A stretch of 63,059 bases of DNA, filler included, from Octopus bimaculoides (taxonomy: Eukaryota): NCBI RefSeq assembly GCF_001194135.2. It is 4 parts of 4 records of this genome, joined end to end, with 100 filler letters (N's around TTAATTAATTAA, not from the genome) between each part and the next. Parts side by side here need not be neighbours in the genome. Positions count along the whole stretch, not along the records: positions 1 to 19,357 come from NC_068990.1; 3 more parts are not named here. One strand, written 5' to 3'. The notes under the pieces are model-generated. The model worked only from the letters and a program-made list of their open reading frames with translations, was not told the DNA's origin and ran no database searches. The position numbers were made by a program, and so were the translations under genes. How positions within the stretch are numbered: position 1 is the stretch's first letter; the number at the start of each line of letters is the position of its first letter. Below are positions 1 to 11,629 of the stretch, piece by piece.

Positions 1-383
1 TTTATTTATTGTAACAGAGCATCGTGAGTAGGAAGGGGAAAATGAGATAGACTGAACGGGTATTTGTGTTTCTGCGCAAGTGATGCAGTCACCACACCAT
101 TGTAATAATAAAACAAAAAGGTACAAGAAAACACACGAACCAACATGGGAGCAACCAAATGTTCTTCAAATCCTACCTTGTTATCTTAGATGAGGAAACA
201 TACATTGAACGATGTAGTCCTTGATGTAAAAAAAAATAATATCAGATCGTCATGACGAGATTGAATTTTTCATATATCAGCTCTGGTTTGATATACAGAC
301 TCAAAATGCACATAAATCAAACAATTAAACAGGACAGTCAAACAAAATAGACTCAGAGTACAATCAGTTATTCAATGCAGTTA

Positions 384-615
384 AGGCGGCGAGCTGGCAG
401 AAACGTTAGCACGCCGGGCGAAATGCTTAGTGGTATTTCGTCTGCCGTTACGTTCTGAGTTCAAATTCCGCCGAGGTCGACTTTGCCTTTCATCCTTTCG
501 GGGTCGATAAATTAAGTACCAGTTACGCACTGGGGTCGATGTAATCGACTTAATCCGTTCGTCTGTTCTTGTTTGTTCCCTCTATGTTTAGCCCCTTGTG
601 GGCAATAACGAAATA
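384..615 (+). mobile_element. tRNA-derived SINE, family A (Nin/Deu-domain-like body), full-length copy
   Basis: Head GGCGGCGAGCTGGCAGAAACGTTAG (A-box-like) and GAGTTCAAATTCC (B-box); body CTTTGCCTTTCATCCTTTCGGGGTCGATAAATTAAGTACCAG recurs about 18 times in the window. Nin/Deu assignment is from recalled similarity. Confidence 0.85.
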
Positions 616-1015
616 GGTATTTCGTCCATTTTTACGTTCAGAGTTCAAGTTCCACCGATGTCGGCTTTGCCTTTCATCTTTCCGAGGTCGATAAAACGAG
701 CACCAGTTGAACACTGGGGTCGATGTAATCGACTTACCCTCCCCTGAACTCGATTGCCTTGTGCCAAAATTTGAAATCAGTATAGTGGAACAGGTGGAGG
801 CGGTGAGCTGGCAGAATCGTTAGCACGCTGGGCAAAATGCTTAGCGGCATTTCGTTCGTTTTCACGTTCTGAGTTCAAATTCCGCCGATGTTGGCTTTGC
901 TCTTCATCTTTCCGAGGTGGATAAAATAAGTACCAGTTGAACACTGGAGTGCGATGTAACCGACTTATTCTCCCCCTCCCTTGAAATCGATTGCCTTGTG
1001 CCAAAATTTGAAATC
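616..1015 (+). mobile_element. Two further tandem family-A SINE copies (616-796 headless; about 798-1015)
   Basis: Same body motifs; both are followed by the identical 47-mer TCGATTGCC...GGAACAGGTG (750-796 and 987-1033). Confidence 0.85.
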
Positions 1016-1717
1016 AGTATAGTGGAACAGGTGAGGCAATCCAACACTACAACGTTAGATAAACTGATAGATATAAGATATACAGTGAATGGCAATGAAG
1101 ACAGATGGATGATACGTTGAGAAAGATGAGACACGGAAACTCTACAAACTGACAGAAGAGATACTGAGAAGATGTACAGTAGACAACAATGCAGACAAGC
1201 AAGTACAGAGAAGTAGTCTAATCAAATTAAGAAATCAAACACTGCAGCTTTTTAGTTTTAATTTAAAATGCAAACAAAAGATTGTTAAACATACAGTCAA
1301 ATGAAACAATGATACTACAATGACGCGAAACAGTTAAACAGTCAAAGTTTACTGTCTTAAACAATGCAAAGATTAGATAAAAAGAAAAAAAGTAAAAAAG
1401 AATCATTCACAGGAAAGACTTTTGTTTTTATTTAATTTTCTGAAATCAAATTTTTTCCATCTTGTTTACAAGTTTCAGTTTGGATGAAACAAAGGAAATA
1501 ATGGGGGAAAAAATTTCGAAATCAAGGCGGTAAGTAGAAAAAAAATATGGACGGAAGTGAAGGGAGAAACATATAAGAAAAAATATATTAGAAGAAAGAC
1601 AATAGTGATAATAATGATGAAAAACGTGTGGTAGTAAACAACAAATGACATAGAAAGATGGCCAAACTACATCTTGTGTCAAACATACACAACACATACA
1701 ATCACACACACACACAC

Positions 1718-1756
<39 letters not shown>

Positions 1757-1757
1757 T

Positions 1758-1927
1758 ACAAGAAGTTTGCTTCCCCACCACATGGTTCTGGTTTCAGTCC
1801 AACTGCGTGGCACCTTGGGCACATGTCTTCCACTATATCATAGAGCTGACCAAAATCTTGTGAGTGGATCTGTTAGATGGAAACTGAAAGAATCCCGTCG
1901 TATGTGTGAATGAAACAAGTAAAAGAC
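1758..1927 (+). mobile_element. tRNA-derived CORE-like SINE, family B, internally deleted copy
   Basis: CCACATGGTTCTGGTTTCAGTCCAACTGCGTGGCACCTTGGGCAC...; 5' half joined directly to the GAAACAAGTAAAAG tail. Confidence 0.75.
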
Positions 1928-2976
1928 AAAACAAAAGCTATATACGTTTGGTACTACAAACAGGTATAATAGAACTCAAAACAAAACCATACTCGTATAT
2001 ATATATANNNNNNNNNNNNNNNNNNNNNNNNNNNNNNNNNNNNNNNNNNNNNNNNNNNNNNNNNNNNNNNNNNNNNNNNNNNNNNNNNNNNNNNNNNNNN
2101 NNNNNNNNNNNNNNNNNNNNNNNNNNNNNNNNNNNNNNNNNNNNNNNNNNNNNNNNNNNNNNNNNNNNNNNNNNNNNNNNNNNNNNNNNNNNNNNNNNNN
2201 NNNNNNNNNNNNNNNNNNNNNNNNNNNNNNNNNNNNNNNNNNNNNNNNNNNNNNNNNNNNNNNNNNNNNNNNNNNNNNNNNNNNNNNNNNNNNNNNNNNN
2301 NNNNNNNNNNNNNNNNNNNNNNNNNNNNNNNNNNNNNNNNNNNNNNNNNNNNNNNNNNNNNNNNNNNNNNNNNNNNNNNNNNNNNNNNNNNNNNNNNNNN
2401 NNNNNNNNNNNNNNNNNNNNNNNNNNNNNNNNNNNNNNNNNNNNNNNNNNNNNNNNNNNNNNNNNNNNNNNNNNNNNNNNNNNNNNNNNNNNNNNNNNNN
2501 NNNNNNNNNNNNNNNNNNNNNNNNNNNNNNNNNNNNNNNNNNNNNNNNNNNNNNNNNNNNNNNNNNNNNNNNNNNNNNNNNNNNNNNNNNNNNNNNNNNN
2601 NNNNNNNNNNNNNNNNNNNNNNNNNNNNNNNNNNNNNNNNNNNNNNNNNNNNNNNNNNNNNNNNNNNNNNNNNNNNNNNNNNNNNNNNNNNNNNNNNNNN
2701 NNNNNNNNNNNNNNNNNNNNNNNNNNNNNNNNNNNNNNNNNNNNNNNNNNNNNNNNNNNNNNNNNNNNNNNNNNNNNNNNNNNNNNNNNNNNNNNNNNNN
2801 NNNNNNNNNNNNNNNNNNNNNNNNNNNNNNNNNNNNNNNNNNNNNNNNNNNNNNNNNNNNNNNNNNNNNNNNNNNNNNNNNNNNNNNNNNNNNNNNNNNN
2901 NNNNNNNNNNNNNNNNNNNNNNNNNNNNNNNNNNNNNNNNNNNNNNNNNNNNNNNNNNNNNNNNNNNNNNNNNNNN

Positions 2977-3149
2977 AAGGCAAGAATGGAGAACAAATTT
3001 CAAAGGTCAAGTCCCTTTATCATATTAAATCACTTCGGATCATAGGCACATTCATATACAGTATCAATTCAACTACTAATGATTTGTATATATAGACTTG
3101 ATTTGATAAAGGAACTTGACCTTTGAAATTTGTTCTCCATTCTTGCCTT
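2977..3149. repeat. Inverted repeat, 46-bp arms (45/46 match), 81-bp spacer; left arm runs into a gap
   Basis: 2977-3022 is the reverse complement of 3104-3149 with one mismatch. Confidence 0.9.
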
Positions 3150-3257
3150 ATCTATATAATTTATGTATGTATGTATGTATGTATGTATGTATGTATGTAT
3201 GTATGTATGTATGTATGTATGTATACAAACACGCACACACACACACATACACACACA

Positions 3258-3453
3258 CGAGGAAGTGCTGAAAACTTCATGGCTTCCAGGGTGTTGCGAA
3301 AGCCTTGTTGGAAGCCCAACCTTCCGAGGTCTTTTACAGGGTTTAGAAAACCTTGCAATAAGTGTCTGATTCCGAAAGAGGAATATGTTGAATAAAATCA
3401 TAATTAACTGATTTTCTTTTACTCAAAGCCAGGAACTTTTCAGCACCCTCTGG
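3258..3453. mobile_element. Mariner-type MITE (about 196 bp)
   Basis: Imperfect TIRs CGAGGAAGTGCTGAAAACTTCATGGCTT / AAGCCAGGAACTTTTCAGCACCCTCTGG, followed by TA. Confidence 0.75.
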
Positions 3454-4196
3454 TATATATATATATATATATNNNNNNNNNNNNNNNNNNNNNNNNNNNN
3501 NNNNNNNNNNNNNNNNNNNNNNNNNNNNNNNNNNNNNNNNNNNNNNNNNNNNNNNNNNNNNNNNNNNNNNNNNNNNNNNNNNNNNNNNNNNNNNNNNNNN
3601 NNNNNNNNNNNNNNNNNNNNNNNNNNNNNNNNNNNNNNNNNNNNNNNNNNNNNNNNNNNNNNNNNNNNNNNNNNNNNNNNNNNNNNNNNNNNNNNNNNNN
3701 NNNNNNNNNNNNNNNNNNNNNNNNNNNNNNNNNNNNNNNNNNNNNNNNNNNNNNNNNNNNNNNNNNNNNNNNNNNNNNNNNNNNNNNNNNNNNNNNNNNN
3801 NNNNNNNNNNNNNNNNNNNNNNNNNNNNNNNNNNNNNNNNNNNNNNNNNNNNNNNNNNNNNNNNNNNNNNNNNNNNNNNNNNNNNNNNNNNNNNNNNNNN
3901 NNNNNNNNNNNNNNNNNNNNNATATATATATATATATATATAGGTTGGTTCATAGAATCGTGTGCCTATCACAGAAAGCTCCTCAAGTGGGCTCAGTTAA
4001 CAGACCACACACAGTGATCCATATAGCTGAAATCCAGAGGATTCGATTGATGAAATCATTTCATGTGGCGTATATAAACCATAAAAAGTTAGGAGGTATG
4101 AGAGGTGGATATATATAACCACTTGACATCCTCGGGATTACGACCGTATCGCACACTTCTTCATGTAATAAGAATTTCAGTGTATAATAAATTGTA

Positions 4197-4249
<53 letters not shown>

Positions 4250-4703
4250 GTATATATACTCACAGACACACACACGCGTGCACGCATTCAACATACGTAT
4301 GTATAACCTATTTGTCGGCGTATAAGACATGTCTTCACATAAGACGCACTCCTATATTACAAATATATTTTGTAGAGAAAACAAACTTATTGTGGGGGAA
4401 ATAAATCATTCCGTGCATATAAACAAAATTTGATGATAGTATAATGGAATAAAGTATGAAACCATAAATTTATAGTTGTAAAAATACCGTACTGCAGCTG
4501 TATTATCTATTAGATCAACTGTATTTTTGTTTATATTTTGGTAAAGGAAATTGTTTTTAGTCCATGGTGTTTTGCATTTGCCGACATCGTCCACCAGGAT
4601 GGCACAGCACTGCTGTGGTTTTGTTATCGTCTGCTTGTTGCAAATACAGACAGATGAAAGTTAAATATTCCTTTCATCTTTGTAGGAGAATGTCCATTCA
4701 GAT

Positions 4704-5347
4704 CAGTGGTTCTCAACCATTTTCTTCCAATGAAACACTTTGGTTCATGTTTTAATCAGATGGACTCTCGTTATTATTCGATGGCATGGCTGTGAGATAA
4801 GAAGCTTGCTTCCCAACCATATGGTTCCAGGTTCAGTCCCACTGCGTGACACTACACCGTTGGGCAAGTGTCTTCTACTATAACCTCGGACCGACCAAAG
4901 CTTTCTGAGTGGATTTAGTCGACGGAAACTGAAAGAAGCCCGTCGTATATAAATATATGTATGTATGTGTATGTGCCTGTGTTTGTCAAGCCCTCCTCGC
5001 CACCATCGCTTGACAACCGATGCTGGTGTGCTTATGTCCCTGTAACTTAGCAGTTCGGCAAAAGAGACAAAAGGATAAGTACTAGGCTTACAAAGAATAG
5101 ATCCTGGGTGCGATATCTTCGACTAAATAAAAAAACCTTTAAGGCGATGCTCTAGCATTGCCGCAGTGAAATGACTGAAACAAGTAAAAGAATGAAATAG
5201 GAAATATTATTTGAAATATTATATAAAAAAATGTGCAAATATTTTGTGCATTGTGGAAGTATAAACCAATTTATGGCACATAAATTTTTAACAACAAAAT
5301 GTAATATGGACCCCCATGGGCCATAGGATCCCAGTTGAAAACCGACA
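4704..5347. mobile_element. hAT-type MITE with a nested family-B SINE
   Basis: TIR CAGTGGTTCTCAAC / GTTGAAAACCGACA; 8-bp TSD ATTCAGAT (4696-4703) vs ATTCAGGT (5348-5355). Confidence 0.75.
4787..5195 (+). mobile_element. SINE family B
   Basis: Full head, CCTTGGGCAAGTGTCTTCTACTATA-like core, internal TA/TG microsatellite and GAAACAAGTAAAAG tail. Confidence 0.9.
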
Positions 5348-5425
5348 ATTCAGGTAATTCAGTCCGCAGTCAAATGACTGAAACAAGTAAAAGGATATGA
5401 GAATAAATGAATACATATTTACATA

Positions 5426-5595
5426 GGCGTAGGAGTGGCTGTGTGGTTAGTAGTTTGCTTACCAGCCACATGGTCCCGGGTTCAGTCCCACTGCGTGGCA
5501 TCTTGGGCAAGTGTCTTCGACTATAGCCTCGGGCCGACCAATGCCTTGTGAGTGGATTTGGTAGACGGAAACTGAAAGAAGCCTGTCGTATATAT

Positions 5596-5629
<34 letters not shown>

Positions 5630-5845
5630 ATGTGTTTGTATGTCTGTGTTTGTACCCCCAACATCGCTTGACAACCGATGCTGGTGTGTTTATGTCCCCG
5701 TAACTTAGCGGTTCGGCAAAACAGACCGATAGAATAAGTACTAGGCTTCCAAAGAATAAGTCCTGGGGTCGATTTGCTCGACTAAAGGCAGTGCTCCAGC
5801 ATGGCCCCAGTCAAAAGACTGAAACAAGTAAAAGAGTAAAAGAGT
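5426..5845 (+). mobile_element. SINE family B, full length
   Basis: GGCGTAGGAGTGGCTGTGTGGTTAG head, GGTTCAGTCCC B-box, internal microsatellite, (AAAAGAGT)n tail. Confidence 0.92.
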
Positions 5846-5879
5846 AATACATAGACACTCATAAAGACGTATATGTAAC

Positions 5880-6291
5880 TATAAATATGTTTGTGTGTGT
5901 GTTGCGCGTATATGTGTGTTTTGTGTGTATGTGTCTGTGTGCGTGTTTATATATATATACGTATATAGATATTAGTGTGTAGATACATATATGTGTGTGT
6001 GTATATATGTGTGTGTGCGTGCGCATGTGTGCATGTATGTATGTAACCTGCATGTATAAACTATTATTTCTCGAAAAATTCGTTCCTTTTTGAGATTTCA
6101 CATTGAATATATTTGAATGTAATACAAAGTATGTCTATGCGTACTTTGATGTGCGTGCGTGTGTCCGTGTGTTTGTGTGTGTGTGTGTGTCTGTGTGTGT
6201 GTGTGTGTTTGCATGCATGTGTGTTGTGTGCGTGTGTCCGCGTTTGTGCAAGTGTTTACACACATACACACGCACACAACACACACAACAT

Positions 6292-6341
<50 letters not shown>

Positions 6342-6409
6342 NNNNNNNNNNNNNNNNNNNNNNNNNNNNNNNNNNNNNNNNNNNNNNNNNNNNNNNNNNN
6401 NNNNNNNNN

Positions 6410-6448
<39 letters not shown>

Positions 6449-6577
6449 TCTATATATGTATATATGTTTATGTGTATATCTATACCTACATCTTTGTATG
6501 TAATTCAATACACACACACATACATACATACATTCATACATACACACATACACACACACACGCACACACACACACAT

Positions 6578-6624
<47 letters not shown>

Positions 6625-6700
6625 TATGAATATATAAGTGTAAATACTTACTTGCATGTGTATGTCTATATGATTGTCTGTATATGCATGTACGTATGAG
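5880..6700. repeat. Compound (TG)n/(TA)n/(CA)n microsatellite block with gap
   Basis: Seen directly. Confidence 0.95.
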
Positions 6701-7002
6701 TTGTTAATTTTTAGCATTCTGTTTATTTAGAAAGCTGTTCACGCTACGTTTTTCTCAATAATCCTCATCAATATTCTTGCTACAATTGTAGTTGTTGTTA
6801 TTATGGCAGCTGTTGTATTCCTTAAGTTCTTTGATGTTGGCATTGACGATATCATTGATTATATTTTCAGTTGTTTTTGGTATTTTGGCAGTTAATATTT
6901 ATTCCGTTTGTTCAGGACAATGATGTCTTTTATCCCTGTTACTTTTATCATGGTGATTAGTGGTCTTTTTTTGTTGTTTATTTTGCTGTGCGTACTAGTC
7001 TT

Positions 7003-7123
7003 TCTTCTTCTTCTCCTTCTTCTTCTTCTTCTTCTTCTTCTTCTTCTTCTTCTTCTTCTTCTTCTTCTCCTCCTCCTCCTCCTCCTCCTCCTCCTCCTCC
7101 TCTTCCTCTTCCTCCCCCTCCTC
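7003..7123. repeat. (CTT)n-(CCT)n compound trinucleotide repeat
   Basis: Seen directly. Confidence 0.95.
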
Positions 7124-7135
7124 TGAAGTTTTCTG

Positions 7136-7600
7136 TTTGCTTGCTTGCTTGAGCCCTCGACACCTGTTAGTGAAAAGAAGTAGTTGTTGCACCATCCTCT
7201 AATGTTGTACATCAATCTTCTCCATATATCTTAGCCGCTTGCTTAAAACCCAGGTTTCCGTTAATGATTCGATTGTCCTCCCTTTGATGTTATCCGTCCA
7301 TCTTTTCCTTTGTCGGCATCTTCTTCTTTCTCTGCCCGTCCACAGTTTCCTTCGAGAGCAGTCTTCCGCAACGCGACAGATTCTTGTTTCAGAGTCATAC
7401 ACCTGAGTCTCAGTGTTTTTCTTCGTATCAGTGTGAAGGATTTCCATGTTAGCTGATGTGATGCTGGATCGTTTCGCGAAACTACTCGTTGGGGATGCGG
7501 TCAAAATCATCGGTGGGATGTGGTCGAAGTACGAGAATCTCAATTCCAGCGCCTGTATATTTCTCAGAATCACATGGGGTGTACTAAACACACAAAGTTT
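7136..7600 (-). mobile_element. RTE-clade LINE 3' fragment with (GCAA)n tail
   Basis: Minus translation IQALELR...GRERRRCRQRKRWTDNIKGRT matches the RTE ORF2 C-terminal GRQRKRW.DNIK motif; TTGC repeats at 7136-7151. Confidence 0.75.
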
Positions 7601-7635
7601 TGGAATTCTTCTTTTCTTCATCATCGTCGTCGTCG

Positions 7636-7701
<66 letters not shown>

Positions 7702-7727
7702 ATATCATCATTATTATTGTTATCATT

Positions 7728-8145
7728 AAGGTAGCGACATGGCAGAATCTTTCGCATACATGACAAAGTGCCTAGCGGCATTTCGTCGGTCTTTACGTTC
7801 TGAGTTCAAATTCCGCCGATGTCAACCTTGCCTTTCATCCTTTTGGGGTCGATAAAATAAGTACGAGTTGAGTACTGGGGTCCATGTAATCGACTAGTCC
7901 CCTCTCTTAAAATGGCAGGCCTTGTTCCTATAGTAGAAAGGATTATTATTATTGAAACAGGGAGCTAGCAGTATCGTTAGCTCGCCAGACAAAATGCTTA
8001 ACAACATTTCGTTCATATGCCGCCGAGGTCGACTTTACCTTTTATCCTTCGAGATCGATAAAACAAGCACCAATCAAATACTGAGGTCGATGTAAACAAC
8101 TATCCCTCTGCCCTGAATTCCAGGCCTTGTGCCTATAGTAGAAAG
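7728..8145 (+). mobile_element. Two tandem family-A SINE copies (about 7728-7953 and 7955-8145) ending in (TTA)n
   Basis: Family-A body motifs; tails GTAGAAAGGATTATTATT. Confidence 0.85.
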
Positions 8146-8146
8146 G

Positions 8147-8187
<41 letters not shown>

Positions 8188-8269
8188 TCAGTAGTTTTAT
8201 TTTTATAACGTGCTTTCACTTCACTACCGAGCGCAGCTCTGTGTGTATTACTGTGTAATACATACGCGC

Positions 8270-8590
8270 CGGAGTAATCTCCCGATCCGATTGGACGACT
8301 TGCCCTGAGCAATGCAACTCTTCCACGCCATACGATCGTATGTCCCGATCATCCATAGCAGCTTTCATATTCTCAACTTGAGCAGTCTTCCTACACTCAG
8401 CTTGATACCCTGCATCTCCCACAAGTTGATTGGTATATGTTCCTCTTTGTCTGCCAGTACTGTGCCTATGCGTGGGTTTCTAGAAAAAGAGATAGCTGGA
8501 TATTACATTCTTGCTTTTCCAGCAGTGTCTTGCATAATGCGTTCTTCTTTCTCTGATTACCAAGGTAATGATAGAAAGACTGCCATGTAG
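8270..8590 (-). mobile_element. RTE-clade LINE 3' fragment (decayed)
   Basis: Minus translation ...GRQRGTYTNQLVGDAG...AAMDDRD resembles the RTE C-terminal GRP.TY.DQL..D.G...AM.DR motif. Confidence 0.65.
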
Positions 8591-8789
8591 GGTGCTGCTG
8601 CTGCTGCTGCTGAAGAAAGTCTACAAAGTAGTCAGAAAAATATATTTAAATTATTTTCAATGCAAAAGGAAAGGTAATTTGTTTGAATAATCTAGCTTTC
8701 TCAGTAATAAATCATAGTTATAATATTCTCAGTTGGATGCAAAATATATTAACGAGACAAGACATAAAAACAAGATTAATAATGATATT

Positions 8790-9000
8790 TAGAATACACG
8801 AACCAAAATCTGACAGAGAAAGGTTATATTTAGTTCGAAAATAAAAAAAGAAACAGGGGTTTATGCAACAAGTAAACTATTGTATAATATTCACTGTTGA
8901 ACTACAAAAATATCTTCTGAAGAATAACGGAAAATCGAACAAACTACTCTGTTTTCCGTCTTCAAGGAAACCGACAAATTGAATTGTGACATCACATGAA
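8790..9000 (+). mobile_element. R4/Dong-like LINE relic
   Basis: IHEPKSDRERLYLVRK matches the HPK.D..RLYL.RK motif downstream of the RT in R4/Dong elements. Confidence 0.55.
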
Positions 9001-9233
9001 AACAGCGTCTAAAGTCACAAAGAGGTTTCCTACAGGAAAATTTAAGTAAATAAATAAATAAATAAATAAGTATTAAGCTCACTTCATTAAGTAACTACAG
9101 AATGTGTCGAGGTGAGTAAGAAGCAATAGACTCACATAACCCCATTTATCTTTGTTTCCGTCATCTAACTCCGAATCACTAGCACGTTTGCTACAACTAC
9201 TGTAACATCAACGAAGATTATCTAGCCACATGA

Positions 9234-9290
<57 letters not shown>

Positions 9291-10051
9291 AATCCCCAAA
9301 CCAGTCGGTCTGATGGTCCTGTCCAGTTGCTAGAAGATGGTAAGGGTTCGCTCCCTTGCTTGCAATATATATAGTGTGCAGATTGCATCGATCACCATCA
9401 AGAGGAGGTGTCCTCTTGTGGTTAAAAAATGGTAGCAACGTCCGTTCGTACAGAACAGCAATGTTGAAGTAGCCACAGACATTACTTCTCAGTATAGTTA
9501 CTACTTTCATCTCTCTCTATATTCTGTATCTTAGTGGTTCGACACACGGAAGACGTTAAAATAAATACAAGGCATGAAAAAATAAAAATACTGGGGTTGA
9601 TAGGATCTTCTAAATTCTTTCAATCCAGTGCTCCAGCATGGCAGTAGCTCAAATACCGAAATTATTAAGAGAGAAAAGAACTAACTACATGTACATATGC
9701 AAATATCAATCCATATTACGTATGCAATATGGATTGATATTACGTATGTAATATGCACGTATGTATGCATGCCTGTGTGTGTGTATGTATGTATGTATGT
9801 ATGGATGTCATTTTTCAGTTTATTTCAAGATTTTTTGCCAATAGAGAAAGAACCGATTTCTAACCTAGATCCAAGGTTCCTTCATTGGAATTTCAACATC
9901 AACAGTAGGGTATGTATGTATGTATGTATGTATGTATGTATGTATGTATGTATGTATGTATGCATGCATACATGTATGCATGTATGTATGTATGCATGTA
10001 TGTACGTATGTATGTATGTATGTATGTATCTATCTATCTATCTATCTATCC

Positions 10052-10114
<63 letters not shown>

Positions 10115-10116
<2 letters not shown>

Positions 10117-11040
10117 CTTCCACCTAATCTACATTTCCTTTCCCTTTTCTAGACCTTTCTATTTCCTTCGGATGCCCCAACTTCTCTATCACTGCTTCTA
10201 ACTCCAAGAAGCCCAGCGATTCCCATTCCGAACCAGATTTCACCTCTTCGCATTCCTTCTACTTGCAATTACTCCCTCCAGCTACCTCTGTTACCACGAC
10301 CTGACTTCAGAAAGTCCATTCTGAACGTTTGGTACATCATGGATACCTTGGAATTGTAGTTTAAGTCGCTCATATCCACACAGGCAACCAACAATACCCC
10401 CACAGATTTATTTTGTTTCCAGTTCACTATTAACTGTCACCCTTTTCTTTTCACTCACTATTCCACTGCATTATTTGTTCAGCACACCATGCAGCGTTTA
10501 ACCTTTTCCCATATCAAATTCTCCCCTCCTGGAAATATGCTCACACTTTGCGTGACTTGCTTCATTTCCAGCTCTCTCTCTACTTGTCTCCTTTACCCGT
10601 TCCCGTCCCTTCTGCCATATACATTCATTTATCCTAACCACAGCCACCACCACCAATACCACCACCACTTTTACAAAACATAACGACTCTTCTTTTGCTT
10701 CTTCATAGATCACTTAACCAGCATGATTAAAAACTGCGTTTTTTTTGCATCAAATGCCATTTATGTGGTCAGCTGTATATTGACGAGACTGATTGAAGAC
10801 TGACCGCGAGAATTAGCAAGAATATTCGGGACGTCCGTCGAAACAACTTTGGATCAATTGTATCCCGTTACTTCCACTCACCTGACTATAATTCTCTATA
10901 ACTCTTTATCTCCAGTATTGCCCTATACTACGGGTCACACACATTCCGGTTGCAACGTGAATAGCAACCTATTTTGCACTGCAGAACAACTCAGGTACTT
11001 CGGTTAGACAAACAGGTTCCCTTCCTCCATCTCGTACAGC
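10115..11040 (+). mobile_element. Penelope-like element: decayed RT C-terminus plus GIY-YIG endonuclease
   Basis: PFLD at 10143-10154; CIKCHLCGQLYIDET (10746-10790) followed by RL.ARISKNIRDVRRNN..SIVSRYFHSPD, typical of PLE GIY-YIG; stops and frameshifts present. Confidence 0.8.
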
Positions 11041-11101
11041 AATACAATTCACATACATACATTCATACATACATACATACATACACACATACATACATAC
11101 A

Positions 11102-11487
11102 TTGTTGGCACTCCGTCGCTTACGACGTCAAGGGCTCCAGTTGATCCAATCAACGGAACAGTCTGCTCGTGAAATTAACGTGCAAGTGGCTCAGCACTCC
11201 ACAGACACGTGTACCCTTAACGTAATTCTCGGGGATATTCAGCGTGACACAATGTGACAAGGCTGACCGTTTGAATTACAGGCACAACAGAAACAGGAAG
11301 TAAGAGTGAGAGAAAGTGGTGGTGGAAGAGTACAGCAAGGTTTGCAACCATCCCCTGCCGGAGCCTCGTGGAGCTTTTAGGTGTTTTCGCTCAATAAACA
11401 CTCACAACGCCCGGTCTGAGAATCGAAACCGCGATCCTATGACCGCGAGTTCGCTGGGCCCTAACCACTGGGCCATTGCGCCTCCAC
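11102..11487 (-). mobile_element. tRNA-derived SINE, family C
   Basis: Reverse complement of 35323-35710; head GGCGCAATGGCCCAGTGGTTAG...GGTTTCGATTC. Confidence 0.9.
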
Positions 11488-11629
11488 CATACATACATAC
11501 ATACATACATACATACATAAATACATACATACACACACAATGATGATCCGTTACACATCACTACAAACATTTTATAAGACACGCGATCACATCTCAGGAC
11601 ATCACCATAGTTATTTACAGCACTACGCG

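Noticed and set aside
1906-3972. Long ORFs of 200-380 aa (also 21964-22930, 33377-34184, 51237-51963, 54314-54966)
   Set aside because: They are open only because they read through N gaps.
4290-4490. Tc2-like TIR remnant (TCGGCGTATAAGAC)
   Set aside because: No convincing partner TIR or TSD.
6098-7781. Poly-R/L/E/M/H/YI/CV ORFs here and throughout the window
   Set aside because: Translations of di-, tri- and tetranucleotide microsatellites.
8186-8245. 60-bp sequence abutting (TTA)n, possibly a Dong 3' UTR
   Set aside because: No coding remnant is attached in this window to confirm the assignment.
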